DNA of 40,000 bases from Candidatus Altimarinota bacterium. Its GTDB lineage: Bacteria; Patescibacteriota; Gracilibacteria; CAIRYL01; GCA-016699755. Below, piece by piece: positions 1-8,789 of the stretch. Position 1 is the stretch's first letter, and each line of letters starts with the position of its first letter. The position numbers and the translations under genes were made by a program. The DNA lies in assembly GCA_963664295.1 (NCBI GenBank), contig OY760935.1:580667-620666 (forward strand), written 5' to 3'. Below the pieces are notes generated by a model. The model saw nothing but the letters and a program-made list of their open reading frames with translations. It did no database searches and was not told the DNA's origin.

Positions 1-1485
1 AACATCTTTTTTAACTGGTAAAAATGGAATATATTGCGGAGATTTTGCCAACCACTTTGTTGCATCTTTAATTGGTGCTGTCACTGTGCTTATTACTGTA
101 CCTGCTATGTCACTGGATTTTTCTGCAACCTGTACACTACTCCACATAATAGCAATCACCAAGATATACCACATTGTTTGTTGCAAAAAATTCACATTAT
201 TGAAATTTTTCACAAGCTTATCTGCATCTAATTCAGCAGGATTTGCTGTGAATATATTCAAGCTTTGACCTGCTATAATCATTGTTAAACCAACTACCAT
301 TGGCAAAGCCATTGCTGCTGGAATAAATGCTTGTTTCAAAAATGCTTTTATACCAATAATGCTATCATCGCCTGTTGGCACATTAAAATCCTGCAAAACA
401 GGTAAAAGCACAAAAATCGGCGATAAAATAATATTAAGCCATAGCAGAATTATGCGCAAAAAGAGCACAAAAACCATAACAGCAAATATGATCAAAACAA
501 TTACCAAAACAATAAAAGCAAAAATTGAATTTATTGTTAAATTTATTATTTTCCCATCTCCATCAACTGAAACTGGCAATCTTTCTATGTGTAAAAAACT
601 AAAAGCAAATAATTTGGTTATATTTTCTCCATCAAGCTTAGACAAAATATCTTTGTCTTCTTTCCAAGTAATTTTAAATTTACCGTAATTTACAGTTTCC
701 TGAGGGCAACCTTCTGCTTCATCTTCGGGTATTTGTACTTCACCATTTTCTATTACTTCAAAATCTTCAACCAAACAATAAGCCTTATCATTAGTGGCGT
801 TTATTGCTTCTGATGCTGTTTGTGGTATTGCAAAAACAATATGTGTGGCAACATTGGCAGCATCAAGAATTAATTTTGCACCAAACCAAGTAAAATTTAC
901 TGCCACTAAGGCTATTACTATTTTTGGCAGAGTGGTTTTTATTGCAAATTTATCGTGCATAGAACTGCCCGCAGAAAGCACGTTCATAAGAGCAACAACA
1001 ACTAAAATAATTATAAAAACATAATTCACTATGTCGCGAACTAACATCCACATTGTTTTAAGTACATCAGCCATCTTTGTTTGATTTGCTTCTTTTTCTG
1101 CATCATCAACTCCTATTGCGCCATAAACCCAGTCATTACTGAGCAAAGCACCAACCATGTTGGATATTCCGCTTACAAGTGGTGCTGTTGAAGAAACAAC
1201 AAAAGAAATTATTTCTCCAATGTTTACTTGTGTTTTTGTTGGCTGTGTTTCTTTTTTGTCTGAACCTCCATCATCTCCAGCTCCAGCTCCATCTCCAGCT
1301 CCATCTCCATCTCCATTTCCATCTCCATCGTCAGCATACACAACAGCACTAACTCCAATATTTAATTCTGTTCTACTTTCTATTACTGGTGCTAATGCAT
1401 TAAAAGTAAAAAATAAGAGAAACAAACCTGCTAAGCAGATTTTTCTTAAATTTACCCATTTATTTATTTTGATATTTATTTTCAT
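1..1485 (-). CDS. Polytopic membrane protein, 3'-truncated by the window edge (495 codons visible). It has a signal peptide, a Gly/Asp/Ala low-complexity linker and at least 7 hydrophobic helices. The architecture loosely recalls TrbL/VirB6 (unverified).
   Basis: It is absent from the ORF track because there is no stop in the window. My translation of the reverse strand from the ATG at 1485 stays open in frame to base 1: MKINIKINKWVNLRKICLAGLFLLFFTFNALAPV...DGDGNGDGDGAGDGAGAGDDGG...MWMLVRDIVNYVFIIILVVVALMNVL... The start lies 7 nt after the stop of the 1493..2515 gene. Confidence 0.75.
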   Translation of the reverse strand, partial: MKINIKINKWVNLRKICLAGLFLLFFTFNALAPVIESRTELNIGVSAVVYADDGDGNGDGDGAGDGAGAGDDGGSDKKETQPTKTQVNIGEIISFVVSSTAPLVSGISNMVGALLSNDWVYGAIGVDDAEKEANQTKMADVLKTMWMLVRDIVNYVFIIILVVVALMNVLSAGSSMHDKFAIKTTLPKIVIALVAVNFTWFGAKLILDAANVATHIVFAIPQTASEAINATNDKAYCLVEDFEVIENGEVQIPEDEAEGCPQETVNYGKFKITWKEDKDILSKLDGENITKLFAFSFLHIERLPVSVDGDGKIINLTINSIFAFIVLVIVLIIFAVMVFVLFLRIILLWLNIILSPIFVLLPVLQDFNVPTGDDSIIGIKAFLKQAFIPAAMALPMVVGLTMIIAGQSLNIFTANPAELDADKLVKNFNNVNFLQQTMWYILVIAIMWSSVQVAEKSSDIAGTVISTVTAPIKDATKWLAKSPQYIPFLPVKKDV

Positions 1486-1492
1486 CTTGTTT

Positions 1493-2515
1493 TTAACAAA
1501 AGCTGGTTATGATATCTGAAAAATTATGAAGAAGGTCAATAAAAACAACTGCTGTGCCCGAAGGATCAACACTCTCCGGAGCTTCACTTGCTTTTTGTGC
1601 AAGATCTGTTGCACCTAAACCAATCAAAGCACCAAGTCCACCAAAAGCACTACCTGCTGCGACTTTAATTAACATTTTTCGTCTTTTGCGTGCTTTTAGT
1701 TGATGTTTTTGTTGTGTTTGCTGTGCAGCCATATATTGCTCTGCCAATGCAAGTCTGTATTTATCCATTTCTTGGCCAACTTTTTCACCTTCTCCTTGTC
1801 CTGCTTTATATTTTTCTGCTGACTCCCCTCTTCTGTTTTGCGGAAGCGATACTCGCATATTTTGATCAGGCAAAACCAATTTGCCAGCAGTGCTTCCTGT
1901 TGGAAGTTCTTGCATAACAGGCGGAGGGCCTGCTGTTGGCTTTTTCATAAGTATCAAAACACCAGCAAGGGCAAGTTTTTTACTAAAATTAGGATCAAAA
2001 ATATCTTCCCGTGAAATAATTTCCGGAGCTTGTGTTAGCGCTATTGCTCCTTTTGCTAACATTTCCCCTGAAATATAATTTTGAAAATTATTTTCTCTTT
2101 TTTGCTCTTCTTGTAAGGCTGATCCACTTGTTATTAATTTTTGTTTTTGTAATTTTTCATAATGCATCATTGTTAATAATCCAAGTTTTTGTTTATATGG
2201 CGAATTTTTAAGAAAATTTCTATTAAAACTAAAATTATTGCTTAATTGTTGGCACATATTATTAAATTCCTCTGGATTTGCTTCTAAATAAATATTTTTT
2301 GCTACTGAAACAATTTCTCGAACTTTTTCTTTGGAAAATTTATTTTCAAATTCAAGATTTATTTCTTCTGTGTTTTGATCAAAATTATAAGCCAATTTCG
2401 TAGCGCTACTTTTAACACGCAAAGCCTCAGCAGGAGCTATGTTCTGCTCTTTAATTTCTTGATCCAAAACTACTTGGAGTTTTTCTGCGCCTTGTTGTGA
2501 GGATAATATCTTCAT
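1493..2515 (-). CDS. Hypothetical protein, 340 aa, with a Pro-rich centre and a single C-terminal TM anchor
   Basis: Long ORF. Its start overlaps the upstream stop (ATGA at 2512-2515). The C-terminal hydrophobic segment is MLIKVAAGSAFGGLGALIGLGA. No recognisable catalytic motif. Confidence 0.8.
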   Translation of the reverse strand: MKILSSQQGAEKLQVVLDQEIKEQNIAPAEALRVKSSATKLAYNFDQNTEEINLEFENKFSKEKVREIVSVAKNIYLEANPEEFNNMCQQLSNNFSFNRNFLKNSPYKQKLGLLTMMHYEKLQKQKLITSGSALQEEQKRENNFQNYISGEMLAKGAIALTQAPEIISREDIFDPNFSKKLALAGVLILMKKPTAGPPPVMQELPTGSTAGKLVLPDQNMRVSLPQNRRGESAEKYKAGQGEGEKVGQEMDKYRLALAEQYMAAQQTQQKHQLKARKRRKMLIKVAAGSAFGGLGALIGLGATDLAQKASEAPESVDPSGTAVVFIDLLHNFSDIITSFC

Positions 2516-5500
2516 AGTCTTTTAGCGTGATAAACCATTTCTTGTATTGCTCCTTGGTTTGGGAAAACTTTTTCTTTATAAGCAATAAAGCGTAAAAAAT
2601 CATATCTTTGCTTTGCTTCTATTTCTCCGCCAATATTTTCTTGAATTGTTGCTTTAAACAAAGCTTCGTCAACACTATCTTTAGTAGGAAAACTAGACAA
2701 AGAAGCATCTTGCCACTTTGTTTTATCTCTATCTTGCTTAGAACTAAAATATTTACGAGGGTTTTTTTGAACTTTTTTCCAGTCAATCATATTAACCAAC
2801 TTCATCTCATTTTCATTCCTAAAACATTCTAAAATTCTCTTACCTTTTGTTGATGTGCTAAGGTCAGAGGCAAGTCGAAAACGCATACCCTCTGGATCTC
2901 TGGCATTATCTATCCAATCACCTCCCTTATAAGATGCATACATAATACCACCACCCAATGCTATGTATTCATTATCCCAATTGCCTGAACGAAATGACAC
3001 CAATGTATTTGCCAAGGTTGTTGCTGCACCATAGAAAAAAGCAAAAAATCTAAAAATATTTCCTGGGGTCATATTAGCGTTTAAATCAGTTTCTCTGTTG
3101 TAATCTTCTCTTGATCTTCGCATAGTAAAAGCATTTACCCCTCTTGCATCTCCATATCTATCTTCAGTAAATTCTCCGTATTGCTCTTTGTTCATTGCCA
3201 AATTTCTAGCATGAATTGCTCTTGCTTCTGCACAAAGCTCCAAAACCGCAGCATTTTTTATATGCCCTTGTGTTTTTAATTTCTTTAGCTCTTTATCAGT
3301 TAATCCTTTTTTTGCTTTATCTACAAACAATTTTTTTATTTTTACTGCCTGAGTATCATCACGAGAATCATTTAAAAACTTAAATAAATCTTCCGACATA
3401 TGCGCACCATTTGTTTGAATAAAAAGCACAACCTGATCCATCATGTGTAAACAATCACCATTTTTGTTAATTATTTCCTCTTTTCTTGCTTGGATTGCTG
3501 TTTTTATTTTTTCATCTACGCCATCAAATAATTCGCCTGACTCTCTTTTTTGTTCTTTTTCTGCTTGTTCTTGTCTTCTTTTTGCTTCTGCTATGATTTC
3601 TTTATTATTTGCTATTGCTCTTGGTGAATGAATTTCTTCTTTCATTAAATCCACTATTGCTTTGTGAAAAATAAAATCCTCTTCTGCTCTGGCTTTTTCT
3701 GCTGGACTTGCTGTGTCGGATTTAATTGTTGCCCTTGCTAAAAGCATTTGTTGTTCAGACGATTTTCTTATTTCACTTGCATTTACAAATTTAGAAGATC
3801 CAGCAGTTCTATAGAAATCAAGAATAACTTTTTGTAAATAAGCAACATTATAAGGGGTTCTAGTAAGCAAATTAAGTCTCTCTTTCATTTGTTTAATTTT
3901 CGAATCAAAATCATCAATCTGCTGATTAAATTCAGCGATTGCTTGATTTTTTTGAACTATTTCTGCATCAATAGCTTTGGTTTGCTGGGTCAACTTTTGA
4001 ATTTCTTGATTTTTTTCAGCTATTTCTGCATCAAGAGGGTCAATCTGCTGAACAATTGCCTCAATTTTTTGTTTCTGTTCAAGAAATAATTGGTCATCAT
4101 CACCTTTTTCCCATTGCATTTTTACTTTTGGATTTATATCTGGATTTATAAAAGCTTTAAGCCTCTCTGCCTCTTGAGCTAATTTTTCTTTTCTTTCAAG
4201 CGTTTGTAGCAATTCTTGAGTTAAAACATTAATCCTTTCTTTTAAGGGGTCTCTTAATTTAACTTTTTCTTTAATAGCCTGCTCAATAGGCTTAAGCTCT
4301 TCTTTTAATAAATCTTTAGCTTCAGTTCCTTTTGCTATTGCTTGTTCTAAGTCTTGAATTTGTTTTCGTAAATCAACTTGTTGTTCTTTAAAATAATCTG
4401 TGAATTCCTGAGGTGTTTTTGTGCTTAAAAGCTTAATAAAGTCTAATATTTCTTGTCTTTTTTGTGCTATTTTTGGTAGTCTTTCTGCTAAAAATTTACT
4501 TTCTTGCAAAATACCAAGTTGCAATTCAGAACCAAGTGCAGAATTATTTAATATATCTCTTTCTGCTCTTTCTATTGCTCTTATTCTGCGCTTATCCATT
4601 GTTTCTTCTGCTAATATTTTTTTTAACAATCTTATTTCTTCTAATAAGCCTTTATTTTTAGGATCTTCTTCTAGTTCCTGCATTTTTTTTAGCAATCTTT
4701 TTTCTATCCTTGCCTTGCGGGCTGTGAGAATTTTGATTTCAATAGTAGAAATTGCGTCTTCAAATGATTTTTCAAAAAAATCAACTTCTCTATGCAAAGC
4801 TAAAAATCTTTTCTGATGCTCCTCTTTTAATTCTAATTTTTCTGATTGCGCAAGCTGATCCTGCAAAAACTCTCTCAGTTTCACTAATGGCTGATCTTGA
4901 ATATTTAATTCTTTAAACATATCCAATCTTTCTTTAAGTCGATCTTTTGTGCCTGTAAGCAATAAATCTTCCTTTTTTATTATTTCTGCAATCAATTTAT
5001 CATCAACTTTTTGTAATTTTTCTATTTCATCATCTCTTTCTTTTAATTTTGTCCTTAATCCTTTAGTTTCATTTTTTCCGCCACCATTTAATTTCAAGTT
5101 TATGTCTGCTATTCTTTCTTTAGTTTTATCAAGTTCTTTCCTGTCTTCTTCTGTCAACATCCTATCAATTTGATAATTTTGACGAAGAAGTTCTTTTTTC
5201 TCTGCTAGTTGTTTTGCTTCCTGCTCTAAATTAAAAACTTTTATTCTAAGTTGCGAAGCATCTGCTTTTAATTCTGCTACTTTTGCTTCACGTTCTTTTA
5301 CATTTTCAAGCCCTTGAGCAAAAAAACTTTTTAAATTTTCCACAGCCTCCCAACTAACTTGTCTTTTTTCTGCTTCTTCTCTCGCTGTTTTTTCTGTTAT
5401 CACTTCTCCTGTGTGCTGATATAAACCTTTTCTTTTGTTTAAAATTATGCCTGCCAAATCATCTATTAAGGCTTGTAAATCATTTGGTTTTATTATTATT

Positions 5501-5856
5501 TCATCTTCTTTTAATGCCTCTAAAAATTTATACAAATCTGAGCGCTCATCTTCTTTTCTTTCCCCTCCTACATCAAAAATAACAGAATTTATATCTGTAT
5601 CTGGAAAATCTTTTTTTAATCTCTCATATAATCTTGTTTCAATTTCTTTTTTTATCCTTTCCCGTGTCTTTTTTTCATCAATTTTTTCTACTACCTCTGT
5701 TTCTTTTGATCCAGGAATAGGCACAGTTTCTTTTGCATAAACTGTATATGGGCTTAAATCTTTAACTAAATCATCAAAATAATTATCTATTTGATCAGCT
5801 CGCTCTATAACGGGCTCTTTTTCTCCTGCCGGCAATTTTCCTTCTATTTCTGCCAC
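2512..5856 (-). CDS. Giant coiled-coil protein, 1114 aa, with a C-terminal hydrophobic hairpin and a small C-terminal domain
   Basis: About 900 aa of E/K/Q/L-rich heptad-like sequence, then GNIFRFFAFFYGAATTLANTLVSF ... YIALGGGIMYASY. No Walker A or other enzymatic motif seen. Confidence 0.85.
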   Translation of the reverse strand: MAEIEGKLPAGEKEPVIERADQIDNYFDDLVKDLSPYTVYAKETVPIPGSKETEVVEKIDEKKTRERIKKEIETRLYERLKKDFPDTDINSVIFDVGGERKEDERSDLYKFLEALKEDEIIIKPNDLQALIDDLAGIILNKRKGLYQHTGEVITEKTAREEAEKRQVSWEAVENLKSFFAQGLENVKEREAKVAELKADASQLRIKVFNLEQEAKQLAEKKELLRQNYQIDRMLTEEDRKELDKTKERIADINLKLNGGGKNETKGLRTKLKERDDEIEKLQKVDDKLIAEIIKKEDLLLTGTKDRLKERLDMFKELNIQDQPLVKLREFLQDQLAQSEKLELKEEHQKRFLALHREVDFFEKSFEDAISTIEIKILTARKARIEKRLLKKMQELEEDPKNKGLLEEIRLLKKILAEETMDKRRIRAIERAERDILNNSALGSELQLGILQESKFLAERLPKIAQKRQEILDFIKLLSTKTPQEFTDYFKEQQVDLRKQIQDLEQAIAKGTEAKDLLKEELKPIEQAIKEKVKLRDPLKERINVLTQELLQTLERKEKLAQEAERLKAFINPDINPKVKMQWEKGDDDQLFLEQKQKIEAIVQQIDPLDAEIAEKNQEIQKLTQQTKAIDAEIVQKNQAIAEFNQQIDDFDSKIKQMKERLNLLTRTPYNVAYLQKVILDFYRTAGSSKFVNASEIRKSSEQQMLLARATIKSDTASPAEKARAEEDFIFHKAIVDLMKEEIHSPRAIANNKEIIAEAKRRQEQAEKEQKRESGELFDGVDEKIKTAIQARKEEIINKNGDCLHMMDQVVLFIQTNGAHMSEDLFKFLNDSRDDTQAVKIKKLFVDKAKKGLTDKELKKLKTQGHIKNAAVLELCAEARAIHARNLAMNKEQYGEFTEDRYGDARGVNAFTMRRSREDYNRETDLNANMTPGNIFRFFAFFYGAATTLANTLVSFRSGNWDNEYIALGGGIMYASYKGGDWIDNARDPEGMRFRLASDLSTSTKGKRILECFRNENEMKLVNMIDWKKVQKNPRKYFSSKQDRDKTKWQDASLSSFPTKDSVDEALFKATIQENIGGEIEAKQRYDFLRFIAYKEKVFPNQGAIQEMVYHAKRL

Positions 5857-5861
5857 TTTTT

Positions 5862-6359
5862 TTAAAGCTTAAAAAGGCGAATTAAAATTTCAGAAAAAGT
5901 TTCTGTGCGATTTTTCCATTCAGAAACCTCCTGACTCAAAAGAGCTCTTACCTCTGCTGGATTTTGATCTCCCAATTGAATTGCGATCTGACGCACAACT
6001 CCACGAGTAATACGCAAATTAAGCGTTTTTACATGAGGAGGATCATAAATAATCCAAAAAAGACCAATGTCTTCATAAGGATAAAACCTTGGACCAAACT
6101 TAATTCCTGCATCTGTTATTACAATATCTACAATTTCCGGCTTGTGGTTATATGTCAAAAAAAACACTACTGCCAAAAGCACAACCACAACTGAAAAAGC
6201 GATTGAATCAGTTAAGATTCCATAAAGAATAAGGCCAACAACTAAAACACTCATCACAAAAACCCAAACAGGTCCTCTTTTGTGCTCTAAAAACTCTGGC
6301 GCTTGCCAGGCAATAAGCGGTGTTCCATAGGAAATTTGGTTTTTATTTTCAGTTGTCAT
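5862..6359 (-). CDS. Small membrane protein, 165 aa, with two adjacent TM helices followed by a soluble domain (bacterial PH-like / YdbS-like topology, unverified)
   Basis: The TM pair is VWVFVMSVLVVGLILYGIL / IAFSVVVVLLAVVFFLTY, followed by a roughly 90-aa soluble part. It is the first gene of the operon, 5 nt upstream of the 1114-aa gene. Confidence 0.8.
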   Translation of the reverse strand: MTTENKNQISYGTPLIAWQAPEFLEHKRGPVWVFVMSVLVVGLILYGILTDSIAFSVVVVLLAVVFFLTYNHKPEIVDIVITDAGIKFGPRFYPYEDIGLFWIIYDPPHVKTLNLRITRGVVRQIAIQLGDQNPAEVRALLSQEVSEWKNRTETFSEILIRLFKL

Positions 6360-6382
6360 TTTTATTTATATTTTATCCTTAT

Positions 6383-6411
6383 ATTATCTCATAAAATAAA
6401 GAAAAAATCAA
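6383..6411 (-). promoter_or_regulatory. Candidate sigma70-type promoter TTGATT-N17-GATAAT for the 6359..1 operon
   Basis: On the reverse strand, the -35 TTGATT is at 6411..6406 and the -10 GATAAT at 6388..6383. This is about 24 nt upstream of the ATG at 6359. Confidence 0.4.
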
Positions 6412-6442
6412 TTTAGCTGTCTTGGCTAAACAAAAAACTTCA

Positions 6443-6470
6443 TTGACAAAAATAGGTTATAAATTATAAT
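6443..6470 (+). promoter_or_regulatory. Perfect consensus promoter TTGACA-N16-TATAAT facing the ORF-free repeat cluster
   Basis: TTGACA lies at 6443-6448 and TATAAT at 6465-6470, a 12/12 consensus match. The same TTGACA-N16-TATAAT architecture recurs at 28337, correctly placed before an ORF. Confidence 0.55.
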
Positions 6471-6502
6471 ATTATTCTTACTTAAAAAATTTATTCCCGT
6501 AT

Positions 6503-6903
6503 GTCATTCTGATGGAATGAAATCACCTTTTTTGTCATTCTGAGCGGAAAACACAACCTTTCTGTCATTCTGAGCGTAATGAAATGGAGCGAAGAATCTC
6601 CTTGTCCATGCGCTCAAGTCCTGCCTTAGGTAATTCAACAGTAATGACAACGGGAGATCCTTCGCTTCGCCTAAAGGCTCGCTCAGGATGACAGAATAAG
6701 GGGGATGGATGACATTACATTTGTCATTGTGGATTTCTTGAAGGTGTCATTATGAGCTTTTTGGGGGTGTCGTTGCGGGCTACGACCCGCAATCTCGGGA
6801 GGCAGGAGGTGTCATTCTGAGCGTAAAACACACCCTTACTGTCATTCTGAGCGAAGTGAAATGGAGCGAAGAATCTCCTTTTCCATTTGCTCAAGTCTTG
6901 CCT
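6503..6903. repeat. Cluster of short hairpin repeats (GTCATTCTGAGCG...GAAGAATCTCC family), including one inverted-repeat composite of about 129 bp (6564-6692)
   Basis: Forward units start at 6503, 6534, 6564, 6723, 6745, 6769, 6811 and 6841. One inverted unit lies at 6652-6692. The same family occurs at 38487-38915. Confidence 0.85.
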
Positions 6904-6914
6904 ACATAAAAATA

Positions 6915-8663
6915 TTACTTCTTCTTTTTTAAAGAAATTATATTTTTCTCAATTTTCGCCTTAATTTCCTTAAGCCTAAGTGCGTTTAATTTATGTAAAA
7001 AACGAGCCAATTCACTATCTGATTTATGTTGTTTATTCATTTTTTGCGCCTCTTCTTTGCCAAACAAAGAAACATGAGCAAGCTCCTCCTCAAGATCATA
7101 AATTTCTCTATTGATCGAGTGAATATGATGAGCACTTAAATATGGCTTTAGTATTATATAATCCACTCCCCTATTAAACATTTCCAATCCCTCACGAGCA
7201 GAATTTGCAATAGCAATAACAATTGGTTTTTTGCTTAAATCCATTTGCTCTAAATGTTTTAAAAGAAAATAGTTATCATTCTTACTTGGCAAAGTGCTAA
7301 TAATAATCTCTGCGTCCTCCAAATCAAGCTTACTCAAAAGATCAGTGTCATTTGCATCACCAAAGATACAATTTATGTTTTTAGACATCAATTTTTTAAT
7401 TACTGCGTTGTTGTAGTCAACAACCACATAATCCTCCTTAAAACTCAAAATTTGCTCCAAAATCTGCTCTCCAATTTGATCACAACCAAGAATAACAATG
7501 TGATTTAAATATTGATTATCCTTATTACCATTTATTCTATCTTTTTTGCTTAATTCAAAAATAGAAAGATATTTTTTTAATTTTTCATAAAGTTCTTCGT
7601 TGTAGGTTATCATGTAAGTTGAAACTACCATGGTAATCATGCCGATCATACCGATCATTGAGGTAATTTGATCATTAATGTGTCCTATTTTGTGCCCAAA
7701 AGTAATAACAATCAAAGAAAACTCACTGATATTTGCTAAGCTAACACCAACAAAAAAAGCATTACGCTTGTCATAGCCCAATAAGCCCATTGTGGTCATG
7801 ATAATTATTGGTGTGCCAATAAGCACAAAAATAGAAATAACAACCAAAGGAACAAGAATACTGCCTATAGAGCTAAACACAAGCCCAGCACCCAAGCCAG
7901 CAAAGAAAATAGTGATAAAAAAATCACGAATTACTTTTGCTTTTGAATTAATTTCAAATGTATAAGGCAAATTTGCCAAACTCATACCTGCAATAAAAGC
8001 TCCGATTTCCATCGAAAAACCAATTTCCATCGCAATAATGGAAATAAAAAAACACCAACTTAAACTAAAAAGAACCAATAACTCATGTGAGGTTGCAATC
8101 TTTGCATAAAGATATTTGAGAATTTTTTCTGCAAAAACAATAGTGGCAACACCTAATGCAATTCCTTTAGCAAGAAGAAAAAGAAAATTAAGAACATCAA
8201 ACTGAAAAGAACCTTCTTTAAATCCAGCCAAAAAAAGCAAAGTCATAATTGCCAAAACATCCTGCACAATCAAAACACCAATGCAAATCTGACCATAAAA
8301 AGAATTAGTATCTTTTTTATCAGACATCAATTTAACTGCAATAATCGTACTAGAAAAGGTTAAAGCAATAGCAATATATGAGCTTTCTAATAGGCTAAAA
8401 TTAAACAACACCCCTAAAACAAGCCCCACTATGGCAGTTATGCTTATCTGCCCTATACTAACTAGCAAAGAAACTCCTCCTAAATCTTTTAATCTTCCCC
8501 AATTCATCTCCAATCCAACCAAAAAAAGCATAAGCATAACACCAATTCCAGAAATTGCGTGCACAAAATCCGGATCAGGAATTAAGCCAAACCCAAAAGG
8601 CCCAAGCAAAATACCAGCCAAAATATACGCTAAAATAAGCGGCTGCTTGAAGTAATAACCCAC
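6915..8663 (-). CDS. Cation:proton antiporter (CPA2, Kef-type) with a C-terminal RCK/TrkA-N domain. The true start is probably upstream of the GTG called in the track.
   Basis: The signature QPLILAYILAGILLGPFG is present, with many TM helices and a Rossmann-like segment HIVILGCDQIGEQI in the C-terminal third. The reading frame stays open upstream to 8741 and encodes a TM1-like helix. Confidence 0.85.
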   Translation of the reverse strand: MGYYFKQPLILAYILAGILLGPFGFGLIPDPDFVHAISGIGVMLMLFLVGLEMNWGRLKDLGGVSLLVSIGQISITAIVGLVLGVLFNFSLLESSYIAIALTFSSTIIAVKLMSDKKDTNSFYGQICIGVLIVQDVLAIMTLLFLAGFKEGSFQFDVLNFLFLLAKGIALGVATIVFAEKILKYLYAKIATSHELLVLFSLSWCFFISIIAMEIGFSMEIGAFIAGMSLANLPYTFEINSKAKVIRDFFITIFFAGLGAGLVFSSIGSILVPLVVISIFVLIGTPIIIMTTMGLLGYDKRNAFFVGVSLANISEFSLIVITFGHKIGHINDQITSMIGMIGMITMVVSTYMITYNEELYEKLKKYLSIFELSKKDRINGNKDNQYLNHIVILGCDQIGEQILEQILSFKEDYVVVDYNNAVIKKLMSKNINCIFGDANDTDLLSKLDLEDAEIIISTLPSKNDNYFLLKHLEQMDLSKKPIVIAIANSAREGLEMFNRGVDYIILKPYLSAHHIHSINREIYDLEEELAHVSLFGKEEAQKMNKQHKSDSELARFLHKLNALRLKEIKAKIEKNIISLKKKK

Positions 8664-8745
8664 AACAGCTACTCCGGCTGAAGCAAGAATTACTAAGCCA
8701 ATTTCAAAAATTAAGGTTTCTATTTTTATTTTAATATATCTTTAT

Positions 8746-8774
8746 ATTTTACAGTAAATAAGGGCTTTTTTCAA
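8746..8774 (-). promoter_or_regulatory. Candidate promoter TTGAAA-N17-TAAAAT for the Kef-type gene
   Basis: On the reverse strand, the -35 is at 8774..8769 and the -10 at 8751..8746. The predicted transcription start is near 8739-8740. Confidence 0.5.
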
Positions 8775-8789
8775 GGGGATTAAGCAGGC

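Noticed and set aside
4421-4816. Plus-strand ORFs antisense to long minus-strand genes (for example 4421-4816, 17333-17845, 36142-36480 and 359-688)
   Set aside because: These are low-complexity, Ser/Phe/Leu/Ile-rich shadow ORFs lying opposite clearly conserved or long coding genes. None has start-site context or recognisable motifs.
6503-6903. Possible CRISPR array, suggested by GTCATT-type units recurring every 22-42 bp
   Set aside because: The conserved core is only about 13-38 nt and is variable. Spacing is irregular, some units are inverted, and the intervening sequences are themselves conserved between loci. No cas genes are present. The pattern fits REP/MITE-like hairpin repeats, not CRISPR.
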